Origin: a virus
DNA: 29,893 bases
Virus genome (UHGV): UHGV-0172517
Direction: 5' to 3' (one strand)
Positions 1 to 7,015 of this stretch are shown here, in pieces (position 1 is the first letter of the stretch; each line of letters starts with the position of its first letter). The notes below the pieces were generated by a model. It searched no databases, was not told where the DNA came from, and was given only the letters and a program-made list of their open reading frames with translations. Both the position numbers and the translations under genes were made by a program.

Positions 1-155
1 AAGATCACTACGGAGTGCCCGTCAGAGTCATTCGTTGGGAGCCGGAAACACAACGAGTTATCTACCTCCGCGAAGGCTATGAGCATGAGTGCTTCAGCCC
101 GCTCGAACAGTTTCGTCGTAAATTCAGGGAAATAGAGGTCGGTCATGAGCACTAA
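1..155 (+). CDS. 3' end of an upstream CDS (partial, start outside window); function unknown
   Basis: Frame 3 reads through to a TAA at about 153-155 with a plausible globular C-terminal peptide (…[44 protein letters not shown]) and overlaps the next start by ~11 nt, a coupling-type overlap. Frame 1 is an alternative ending near 135. Confidence 0.3.
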   Translation, partial: DHYGVPVRVIRWEPETQRVIYLREGYEHECFSPLEQFRRKFREIEVGHEH

Positions 156-1086
156 ATTAACCGGCTATGTATGGGATGGTTGCGCTGCGTCAGGCATGAA
201 ATTATCCAGCGTGGCAATTATGGCCCGCCTGGCTGATTTCAGTAATGACGAAGGTGTGTGCTGGCCATCAATTGAAACCATTGCCCGTCAGATTGGCGCG
301 GGGATGAGTACCGTCAGAACGGCTATCGCACGGCTGGAAGCAGAAGGCTGGTTAACGCGTAAGGCGCGTCGCCAAGGTAACCGCAATGCGTCGAATGTTT
401 ATCAGCTTAACGTTGCGAAGCTTCAGGCAGCGGCATTTTCTCAACTGTCAGATTCTGACCCGTCAAAATCTGACGCATCAAAATCTGACCCGTCAAAATT
501 TGATGCGTCGAAATCTGGCAAAAAAGCGGTTTTTCACCCGTCAGAATCTGGCGGGGATCCGTCAGTAAAATCAAAACATGATCCGTCAGATAAAAAAACT
601 TCTCGTCCGGACGCTTCGCAACCGGACACGCAGACGGCTGAACAGGAGTTTTTAACTCGCCATCCTGATGCGGTTGTATTCAGCCCTAAAAAGCGCCAGT
701 GGGGAACGCAGGATGATTTGACCTGCGCACAGTGGCTCTGGAAAAAAATCATCGCCCTGTACGAGCAAGCCGCCGAATGTGACGGCGAGGTGGTTCGTCC
801 CAAAGAACCGAACTGGACAGCCTGGGCAAACGAAATTCGCCTGATGTGTGTGCAGGATGGTCGTACTCATAAACAAATCTGCGAGATGTACAGCCGCGTC
901 AGCCGCGATCCGTTCTGGTGCCGTAACGTGCTCAGCCCGTCGAAGCTGCGGGAAAAATGGGATGAGCTTTCCCTGCGCTTATCGCCGTCCGTAAGCACGT
1001 ACACCGAAAAACGCGAAGACCCGTACTTCAAATCCAGTTACGACAACGTGGACTACAGCCAGATCCCGGCAGGATTCAGGGGGTGA
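145..1086 (+). CDS. O: Lambda O-like replication initiator (distinct N-terminal DNA-binding domain, repeat linker, O-type C-terminal domain)
   Basis: 313 aa ORF with SD-like GAGG upstream. C-terminal segment WANEIRLMCVQDGRTHKQICEMYSRVSRDPFWCRNVLSPSKLREKWDEL closely resembles the lambda O C-terminal domain as I recall it (WANDIRLMRERDGRNHRDMCVLFRWACQDNFWSGNVLSPAKLRDKWTQL). The central SDPSKSDASKSDPSKFDAS linker is encoded by iteron-like DNA repeats. Confidence 0.8.
   Translation: MSTKLTGYVWDGCAASGMKLSSVAIMARLADFSNDEGVCWPSIETIARQIGAGMSTVRTAIARLEAEGWLTRKARRQGNRNASNVYQLNVAKLQAAAFSQLSDSDPSKSDASKSDPSKFDASKSGKKAVFHPSESGGDPSVKSKHDPSDKKTSRPDASQPDTQTAEQEFLTRHPDAVVFSPKKRQWGTQDDLTCAQWLWKKIIALYEQAAECDGEVVRPKEPNWTAWANEIRLMCVQDGRTHKQICEMYSRVSRDPFWCRNVLSPSKLREKWDELSLRLSPSVSTYTEKREDPYFKSSYDNVDYSQIPAGFRG
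447..600. repeat. Candidate replication origin: iteron array inside the O-like gene followed by an A/T-rich tract
   Basis: Seen directly: ~15-bp direct repeats tctgacccgtcaaaa / tctgacgcatcaaaa / tctgacccgtcaaaa / tttgatgcgtcgaaa, each with internal dyad TGAC..GTCA, then aaaaaagcggttttt and further CCGTCAG repeats with A-runs. Architecture parallels ori-lambda, which lies within gene O. Confidence 0.6.
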
Positions 1087-1088
1087 TC

Positions 1089-1577
1089 ATGAGTCTGTTA
1101 AATGACGTTCAGAAATTCATTGAAGCCCATCCGGGGTGTACTTCCGGAGACATTGCGGATGCTTTTGCAGGTTACTCACGGCAGCGCGTTCTGCAGTCAG
1201 CAAGCAAGTTACGTCAGAGTGGGCGTGTGGCTCACCGTTGTGAAGGAGATACACGCAGACATTTCCCGCGCCTGACTGAGAGAGCGCAGGAACCGGAACC
1301 ACAACCAGTTCGTGAAACCAGACCTGTGCGCAATTTCTATGTCGGCACTAACGATCCCCGGGTGATTTTGTGCCTGACCCGCCAGGCGGAAGAACTGGAG
1401 TCCAGGGGCTTATACCGTCGTGCTGCAACGGTGTGGATGGCGGCATTCCGTGAAAGCCACTCCCAGCCAGAACGAAACAATTTTCTGGCGCGTCGTGAGC
1501 AGTGTTTACGGAAAAGCAGCAAGCGCGCTGTATCGGGTGATGAGTGGTATCTGTCAGGGAATTACGTGGGGGCTTAA
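1089..1577 (+). CDS. Putative regulator: Ren-like winged-helix N-terminus with PerC-family-like C-terminal motif
   Basis: ORF track gives 1083..1577 from GTG; ATG at 1089 with AGGGGG upstream is the more likely start. C-terminal LESRGLYRRAATVWMAAF…RREQCL matches the PerC/Pch signature (LE.GLWRRAA..W … CL) as I recall it; N-terminus patterns like lambda Ren. Occupies the position after O where lambda has P and ren. Confidence 0.5.
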   Translation: MSLLNDVQKFIEAHPGCTSGDIADAFAGYSRQRVLQSASKLRQSGRVAHRCEGDTRRHFPRLTERAQEPEPQPVRETRPVRNFYVGTNDPRVILCLTRQAEELESRGLYRRAATVWMAAFRESHSQPERNNFLARREQCLRKSSKRAVSGDEWYLSGNYVGA

Positions 1578-2230
1578 TGAGTAATAAATATTGCCAGACG
1601 CTGGTGGAACTGCGGAACAAACCAGCCCATGAACTGAAGGAAGTGGGTGATCAGTGGCGCACGCCGGACAACATTTTCTGGGGAATTAACACCCTGTTTG
1701 GCCCGTTTGTTCTGGATCTGTTCACTGACGGTGATAACGCCAAATGTGCTGCGTATTACACGGCGGAAGACAACGCGCTGGCGCATGACTGGTCAGAACG
1801 TCTTGCGGAGCTTAAAGGGGCTGCCTTTGGTAATCCCCCATACAGCCGCGCCAGTCAGCATGAGGGGCAATACATCACCGGCATGCGTTACATCATGAAA
1901 CATGCCAGTGCCATGCGTGATAAGGGTGGGCGCTATGTTTTCCTGATCAAAGCTGCCACCAGCGAAGTGTGGTGGCCGGAAGATGCAGATCATATTGCTT
2001 TTATTCGCGGGCGTATTGGTTTTGAACTGCCTGCCTGGTTTATCCCGAAGGATGAGAAGCAGGTGCCGACAGGCGCTTTCTTCGCTGGTGCTATTGCTGT
2101 TTTCGACAAGACCTGGAAGGGACCGGCAATTAGCTACATCGGGCGCGATGAACTTGAGGCATGTGGTGAGGCGTTTCTGGCGCAGGTTCGCCAGCAGGCG
2201 GAAAAACTGGTCAGGGAGATGGCGGCATGA
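1577..2230 (+). CDS. Phage N6-adenine DNA methyltransferase (Dam-like, orphan)
   Basis: NPPY catalytic motif (AAFGNPPYSR) typical of N6-adenine MTases. ATG at 1577 overlaps the upstream stop (TAATG); the ORF track's upstream Met at 1544 is probably not the start. Confidence 0.85.
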   Translation: MSNKYCQTLVELRNKPAHELKEVGDQWRTPDNIFWGINTLFGPFVLDLFTDGDNAKCAAYYTAEDNALAHDWSERLAELKGAAFGNPPYSRASQHEGQYITGMRYIMKHASAMRDKGGRYVFLIKAATSEVWWPEDADHIAFIRGRIGFELPAWFIPKDEKQVPTGAFFAGAIAVFDKTWKGPAISYIGRDELEACGEAFLAQVRQQAEKLVREMAA

Positions 2231-2553
2231 CGACGTTAACTCAATGCCAGCAGCAGGTGCTGGATATGCTGATTTCTTATCAGAAAGAACGTGGCTTCCC
2301 GCCAACCAATCAGGAGGTGGCAACCATGCTGGGATACCGTTCGGTGAATGCAGCGGTGGAGCATCTTCGCGCACTGGAGAAAAAAGGCGTCATCACGATA
2401 AAGCGTGGCGTGGCCCGGGGGATAACGCTTCATACCGCGGTGAAGGACGACGACAGCGAGGCGGTCGGGATTATCCGCGCACTGCTTGCCGGTGAGGAAA
2501 ACGCAAGGCTGCGTGCAACCCACTGGTTACATGAGAGGGACCTGAAAGTATGA
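2227..2553 (+). CDS. LexA-like winged-helix DNA-binding protein (LexA N-terminal domain only, no S24 peptidase domain)
   Basis: 108 aa; QQVLDMLISYQKERGFPPTNQEVATMLGYRSVNAAVEHLRALEKKGVITI resembles the LexA N-terminal DNA-binding domain ([50 protein letters not shown], from memory). ATGA start/stop overlap with both neighbours. Confidence 0.75.
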   Translation: MTTLTQCQQQVLDMLISYQKERGFPPTNQEVATMLGYRSVNAAVEHLRALEKKGVITIKRGVARGITLHTAVKDDDSEAVGIIRALLAGEENARLRATHWLHERDLKV

Positions 2554-2939
2554 AGCTGATCCTGCCTTTTCCGCCCAGCGTGAACACGTACTGGAGACAC
2601 CCCAACAAAGGGGCGTTTGCTGGTAAGAGCCTGATAAGCGCGGCGGGGCGAAAATTCCAGAGCGCGGCGTGCGCAGCAATAGTTGAGCAGTTACGTCGTC
2701 TGCCGAAACCAACGTCGGCACCTGCTTCAGTGGAGATCGTGTTATTTCCTCCGGATAACCGGATCCGCGATCTGGACAACTATAACAAGGCGCTGTTTGA
2801 CGCCCTGACCCACGCGGGTGTGTGGGAAGACGACAGTCAGGTGAAAAGAATGCTGGTGGAGTGGGGACCGGTTATCCCGGAAGGGAAGGTCGAGATCACT
2901 ATCAGTAAGTACGAGAAAACGGCGGGTGCAGCCGCCTGA
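2550..2939 (+). CDS. rusA: RusA-family Holliday junction resolvase
   Basis: 129 aa; N-terminal LPFPPSVNTYWRH and the DLDNYNKALFDALT acidic motif are typical of RusA; size matches (~120-130 aa). Start overlaps upstream stop. Confidence 0.85.
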   Translation: MKLILPFPPSVNTYWRHPNKGAFAGKSLISAAGRKFQSAACAAIVEQLRRLPKPTSAPASVEIVLFPPDNRIRDLDNYNKALFDALTHAGVWEDDSQVKRMLVEWGPVIPEGKVEITISKYEKTAGAAA

Positions 2940-2958
2940 TCAAGAGGAGAAACGAAGT

Positions 2959-3768
2959 ATGAATAATCTGATGGTCATTGATGGTATTGAAGTTCGTCGT
3001 GATGCTTATGGGCGTTACAGCCTGAACGATCTGCATCGCGCAGCAGTAGCATCTGGTGCAAATGCCAGAACCAAGGAGCCGGGGAAGTTTCTTTCCAGCC
3101 AACAAACTGTTGAGCTTGTTCATGAATTGACCAACACCCAGAATTTGGGTGTTGACCCGGTGAGTGTGATTCATGGGGGAAATGAACGGGGAACTTATGT
3201 CTGCAAGGAACTGGTGTATGCCTATGCAATGTGGATCAGCCCGTCATTCCATCTGAAGGTGATCCGTACTTTCGATATGGTAACCAGCGCACCGGAAAAA
3301 TTATCCGGACAGGCTGCTGACAAGATGCAGGCTGGTGTGATTCTGCTGGACTTTATGCGCCGGGAGTTAAACCTGTCTAACTCATCTGTGCTTGGGGCCT
3401 GTCAGAAACTCCAGGAGGCTGTTGGCTTACCGAATCTGGCACCGCGCTATGCCATTGATGCTCCTGCTGATGCACACGATGGCTCAAGTCGCCCGACACT
3501 GTCACTGAGTGCACTGCTGAAACAGTATGGTATCCGCCTGACGGCTAATCAGGCATATCACCAGATGGTGAAGCTGGGGATCGTCGAGCAGCGCGAACGA
3601 TACAGCCGTACCGCGATTAACAACATCAAAAAATTCTGGTCGCTGACAGCGAAAGGCTGCATGTTCGGCAAGAACATCACCAGTCCCGCAAATCCGCGCG
3701 AGACGCAGCCGCATTTCTTCGAATCCCGATTCCCTGAGCTGTTAAAGCTGCTCGATACCGTTCATTGA
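2959..3768 (+). CDS. KilA-N domain protein (Roi/antirepressor-like)
   Basis: ATG at 2959 preceded by AAGAGGAGA SD; the ORF track's upstream Met at 2926 is unlikely. N-terminal ~100 aa (MVIDGIEVRRDAYGRYSLNDLHRAA…GGNERGTYVCKELVYAYAMWISPSFHLKVIRTFD) fits a KilA-N DNA-binding domain. Confidence 0.8.
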   Translation: MNNLMVIDGIEVRRDAYGRYSLNDLHRAAVASGANARTKEPGKFLSSQQTVELVHELTNTQNLGVDPVSVIHGGNERGTYVCKELVYAYAMWISPSFHLKVIRTFDMVTSAPEKLSGQAADKMQAGVILLDFMRRELNLSNSSVLGACQKLQEAVGLPNLAPRYAIDAPADAHDGSSRPTLSLSALLKQYGIRLTANQAYHQMVKLGIVEQRERYSRTAINNIKKFWSLTAKGCMFGKNITSPANPRETQPHFFESRFPELLKLLDTVH

Positions 3769-3769
3769 G

Positions 3770-4765
3770 GTGACCGTGAGAGCACTACTGACCCCTGAAA
3801 TTGCCCCGCGTATGGGGATCGTATTGTTCAGACCAGGTTCAGAGCTGATGCCCCTGTTTATGCAGGGGCGTGTCCTGCTGGAGCCTGAGCCGGAACGTTA
3901 TTCATCTTTCGCCAGTGGTGCCGTTCCGGCGGCATCACAACCGCTGGCGGATGATCCTGCCGTTCGGGCCGTGTTCCGCAATGAGGCAGTGATCCGTCGT
4001 GCTGGTGGAGTGGAATGTCTTGAAAGCTGGTTACTTCGTGAAAAAGGCTGCCAGTGGCCTCATTCCGACTGGCACAGCGAGAACATGACCACAATGCGAC
4101 ACGCTCCGGGTGCAATCCGTCTGTGCTGGCACTGCGATAACCAGCTGCGCGATCAGTTCACGGAACGGCTGGAATCAATGGCAACGGATAACTGTGCCCG
4201 CTGGGTGTTATCTGTTGTGCGCCGTGATCTCGGTTTTGATGATAGTCACGTTGTGACAATGCCGGAACTGTGCTGGTGGCTGGTTCGTAATGACCTGGCT
4301 GATGCCTTACCGGAAAGTGCAGCCCGTAAGGCACTGAGATTACCGAAGCCTGTTGTGCCGTCTGTCACCCGGGAGAGTGACCTTGTTCCTTCGGTTCCTG
4401 CCACCAGCATTATCCAGGATAAAGCGAAAAAGGTGCTGGCGCTGAAAGTGGATCCAGAGTCGCCGGAGTCTTTTATGTTACGCCCAAAACGTCGCCGCTG
4501 GGTTAATGAAAAGTACACGCGCTGGGTTAAGACACAGCCGTGTGCATGTTGTGGAAAGCCTGCTGATGATCCCCATCACCTGATAGGCCACGGTCAGGGT
4601 GGAATGGGTACAAAAGCGCATGACCTCTTTGTGTTGCCTTTGTGCAGAAAGCATCACGACGAGCTGCATGCGGATACCGTGGCATTTGAAGAGATGTATG
4701 GTTCCCAGCTGGAGCTGATATTTCGTTTTATCGATCGTGCGCTGGCAATAGGCGTACTGGCGTAA
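3770..4765 (+). CDS. DUF968 (YdfU-like) protein with C-terminal HNH-like Cys/His motif
   Basis: 331 aa ORF; C-terminus CACCGKPADDPHHLIGHGQGGMGTKAHDLFVLPLCRKHHDELH carries an HNH-like metal-binding pattern; resembles the Qin prophage YdfU family, which precedes Q. Start codon (GTG 3770 versus internal ATGs) is uncertain. Confidence 0.7.
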   Translation: MTVRALLTPEIAPRMGIVLFRPGSELMPLFMQGRVLLEPEPERYSSFASGAVPAASQPLADDPAVRAVFRNEAVIRRAGGVECLESWLLREKGCQWPHSDWHSENMTTMRHAPGAIRLCWHCDNQLRDQFTERLESMATDNCARWVLSVVRRDLGFDDSHVVTMPELCWWLVRNDLADALPESAARKALRLPKPVVPSVTRESDLVPSVPATSIIQDKAKKVLALKVDPESPESFMLRPKRRRWVNEKYTRWVKTQPCACCGKPADDPHHLIGHGQGGMGTKAHDLFVLPLCRKHHDELHADTVAFEEMYGSQLELIFRFIDRALAIGVLA

Positions 4766-4778
4766 GTGGAGAACGAGC

Positions 4779-5531
4779 ATGAACCTTGAAGCCTTACCAA
4801 AATATTACTCCCCAAAATCTCCAAAATTGAGCGATGACGCACCGGCGACAGGCTCAGGTGGTTTAACGATTACGGATGTGATGGCTGCGCAGGGGATGGT
4901 GCAGTCGAAAGCACCGCTTGGGTTTGCCTTATTCCTGGCAAAAGTTGGTGTTCAGGATCCTCAATTTGCGATTGAAGGTCTGCTCAATTACGCGATGGCA
5001 CTGGATAACCCGACATTGAACAAATTGAGTGAAGAAACCCGGTTACAGATCATCCCTTACCTTGTGAATTTTGCCTTTGCTGATTATTCCAGGTCTGCGG
5101 CAAGTAAGGCTCGCTGTGAGCATTGTGCTGGTACTGGATTTCATAATGTATTGCGCGAAGTGGTGAAACACTCCAGAAGCGGGGAATCTGTTATCAAGGA
5201 AGAGTGGGTGAAGGAACTATGTCAGCATTGTCATGGTAAGGGAGAAGTCAGCACAGCGTGCAGAGGGTGTAAGGGTAAAGGTATTGTCCTGGATGAAAAA
5301 AGGACCCGGCTTCATGGCACGCCTGTTTATAAGATTTGTGGGCGTTGCAATGGAAATCGGTTTAGCCGTTTACCAACCACACTGGCGCGGCATCATGTCC
5401 AGAAGCTGGTACCAGACCTGACGGATTATCAGTGGTACAAAGGATATGCAGATGTCATTGATAAACTGGTGACAAAGTGCTGGCAGGAAGAAGCATATGC
5501 TGAGGCGCAATTAAGAAAAGTGACGAGATAA
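4779..5531 (+). CDS. Q: Late-gene antiterminator Q (lambda Q family, QuuQ-like, with extra Zn-binding CxxC motifs)
   Basis: 250 aa; GGAGA SD 7 nt upstream. N-terminus YSPKSPKLSDD…TDVMAAQGM resembles lambda Q (HSPKSPMMSD…TDVMAAMGM, from memory); multiple CxxC pairs. Sits immediately upstream of the lysis cassette. Confidence 0.8.
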   Translation: MNLEALPKYYSPKSPKLSDDAPATGSGGLTITDVMAAQGMVQSKAPLGFALFLAKVGVQDPQFAIEGLLNYAMALDNPTLNKLSEETRLQIIPYLVNFAFADYSRSAASKARCEHCAGTGFHNVLREVVKHSRSGESVIKEEWVKELCQHCHGKGEVSTACRGCKGKGIVLDEKRTRLHGTPVYKICGRCNGNRFSRLPTTLARHHVQKLVPDLTDYQWYKGYADVIDKLVTKCWQEEAYAEAQLRKVTR

Positions 5532-5559
5532 ATGATTTTCGCCGAAGATGGCGACATGA

Positions 5560-5600
5560 TTCTTGCATTTTTCAAAAAATTTGGTTAGGATTCTCCTAAC
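5560..5600 (+). promoter_or_regulatory. Candidate late promoter (PR'-like) and qut region
   Basis: TTGCAT (-35), 17-bp spacer, TAGGAT (-10) about 30 nt downstream of the Q stop, overlapping a small dyad ttaggattctcctaa. Position mirrors lambda PR'. Confidence 0.35.
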
Positions 5601-5635
5601 GATGGGCTTTGTGTGTCTACCGTTGATAATCTTCA

Positions 5636-5662
5636 AGAAACCGCCACCGAGCGGTTTTTTAT
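5636..5662 (+). terminator. Hairpin plus T-run (tR'-like candidate)
   Basis: gaaaccgc-caccgag-cggtttttt: a 7-bp stem followed by six T residues, ~40-60 nt downstream of the candidate late promoter. Confidence 0.4.
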
Positions 5663-5819
5663 TGATGTCAATTGTGTTTTTAAGGCTCTCCTTCCTTAAA
5701 GTGTGTTGTACAAAAAACTGGCAGCCAGCTACGCTCATTTTGAAAAAGTGACACCCTTCAATGTTTCTTTTGAATGGAATTGCTACCCATAAATCTCTAT
5801 CAAAAACAGGAGAGCATAT

Positions 5820-6062
5820 ATGGTGGATCGTTGTTCTGTTTGTGAGCAGTCATTAAGTTATTCACGAGAAGTTGAACAAGATGGCGTTGAATATAAATCT
5901 TGCCCAAAATGTTCTGCTGATGCCGGAGTGCACGTTTTTTATAAAACAATAGACTTTGGTTATAGGGATATGGGAGACGGAAGGCATATCGTTCAGTCAT
6001 GGTGTCCGGCTTGTCGTTCTGGTGAAAAACCTTCTATACCACCAGCATTTAAATGTTGTTAA
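5820..6062 (+). CDS. Small Cys-rich putative zinc-ribbon protein (moron; function unknown)
   Basis: 80 aa ORF with strong SD AGGAGAG 5 nt before the ATG; CxxC pairs at residues 5/8, 28/31, 62/65 and a terminal CC; AT-rich relative to flanks; followed by its own terminator. Confidence 0.55.
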   Translation: MVDRCSVCEQSLSYSREVEQDGVEYKSCPKCSADAGVHVFYKTIDFGYRDMGDGRHIVQSWCPACRSGEKPSIPPAFKCC

Positions 6063-6079
6063 CTCAATGAATTATAAAA

Positions 6080-6108
6080 AGAGGCTGCCTGTGGGCGGCC
6101 TTTTTTGT
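6080..6108 (+). terminator. Rho-independent terminator downstream of the small Cys-rich ORF
   Basis: aggctgcc-tgtg-ggcggcct, an 8-bp stem with one G-U pair, followed by tttttt. Confidence 0.6.
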
Positions 6109-6193
6109 GCACTACGCAACTTTTGCGACTCAGCGCTATAACCAGCTTCTTTCCCTTCACTCGTTGCACTTCCGATAACCGGAGGTGGGAATT

Positions 6194-6535
6194 ATGAAAA
6201 TGCATAACGATCCTCATTCCTGGTCTGACTTACTTGAATTGTTACAGAGCTGGTGGCGTGGAGACACACCGCTGGGCGCAGTAATTATGTCGATCGTTAT
6301 GGCTGGCTTGCGCATTGCCTATTTTGGCGGTGGTGGTGGCTGGAAGCGAAAAACGCTCGAGATTTTGCTCTGCGGCGCTCTGACGCTGACTTTTGCATCC
6401 GCTCTTGAGTATGTCGGATGGCCTAAATCGCTTTCTGTTGCCATTGGTGGTGGTGTTGGGTTGATCGGTGTCGATGCTATTCGTGGGGCTGCAATGAGAG
6501 TAATCGGTAACAAGTTCGGTGGCTCTAAGGAGTAA
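6194..6535 (+). CDS. Class I (lambda S-type, three-TMD) holin with Met-Lys-Met dual-start motif
   Basis: ORF track starts at GTG 6185; ATG at 6194 (GGAGG SD ~9 nt upstream) then Lys and a second ATG at 6200. Three hydrophobic segments and a charged C-terminus; topology and the MKM motif parallel lambda S107/S105. Immediately upstream of R. Confidence 0.8.
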   Translation: MKMHNDPHSWSDLLELLQSWWRGDTPLGAVIMSIVMAGLRIAYFGGGGGWKRKTLEILLCGALTLTFASALEYVGWPKSLSVAIGGGVGLIGVDAIRGAAMRVIGNKFGGSKE

Positions 6536-6538
6536 TTT

Positions 6539-7015
6539 ATGCAGGTACTAAATTCCCAGCGTAAAGCTTTCCTCGATATGTTGGCGTGGTCAGAAGGAAC
6601 GGATAACGGGCGACAGCCAACCCGCAATCACGGCTACGACGTTATTGTAGGTGGTGAGTTATTCACGGATTACTCCGATCACCCTCGCAAACTTGTCACG
6701 CTAAACCCCAAACTCAAATCAACAGCAGCCGGACGTTACCAGCTTCTTTCCCGTTGGTGGGATGCCTATCGTAAGCAGCTTGGCCTGAAAGACTTCTCTC
6801 CAAAAAGCCAGGACGCTGTTGCACTGCAGCAGATTAAGGAGCGTGGCGCTTTACCGATGATTGATCGCGGTGACATCCGTCAGGCAATCGACCGTTGCAG
6901 CAATATCTGGGCTTCACTGCCGGGCGCTGGTTATGGCCAGTTCGAGCATAAGGCTGACAGCCTGATTGCAAAATTCAAAGAGGCTGGCGGAACGGTCAGA
7001 GAGATTGAGGTATGA
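6539..7015 (+). CDS. R: Endolysin R (lytic transglycosylase)
   Basis: 158 aa; sequence …[57 protein letters not shown]… matches lambda R almost residue for residue as I recall it; AAGGAG SD. Confidence 0.95.
   Translation: MQVLNSQRKAFLDMLAWSEGTDNGRQPTRNHGYDVIVGGELFTDYSDHPRKLVTLNPKLKSTAAGRYQLLSRWWDAYRKQLGLKDFSPKSQDAVALQQIKERGALPMIDRGDIRQAIDRCSNIWASLPGAGYGQFEHKADSLIAKFKEAGGTVREIEV

Noticed and set aside
1544-1576. Upstream Met (1544) as methyltransferase start; similarly 2926 for KilA-N, 13152 for C, 14977 for E, 16032 for FI, 17794 for V
   Set aside because: Downstream starts have proper SD sequences or start-stop coupling and reproduce lambda protein lengths; the upstream Mets arise from open frame overlapping the preceding gene.
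1793-2374. 193-aa minus-strand ORF and other 60-190 aa alternative-frame ORFs across the early region and structural cluster
   Set aside because: All overlap well-supported + strand genes in alternative frames and have biased, low-complexity composition.
5563-5751. 62-aa + strand ORF (and the 75-aa minus-strand ORF at 5511..5738) in the Q-to-moron spacer
   Set aside because: Non-ATG start, no SD, spans the candidate promoter and terminator hairpins; more consistent with a non-coding regulatory region.
5532-6193. Shiga toxin (stx) or other known toxin genes at the Q-to-holin locus
   Set aside because: Only an 80-aa Cys-rich ORF is present; no A/B toxin-sized ORFs.
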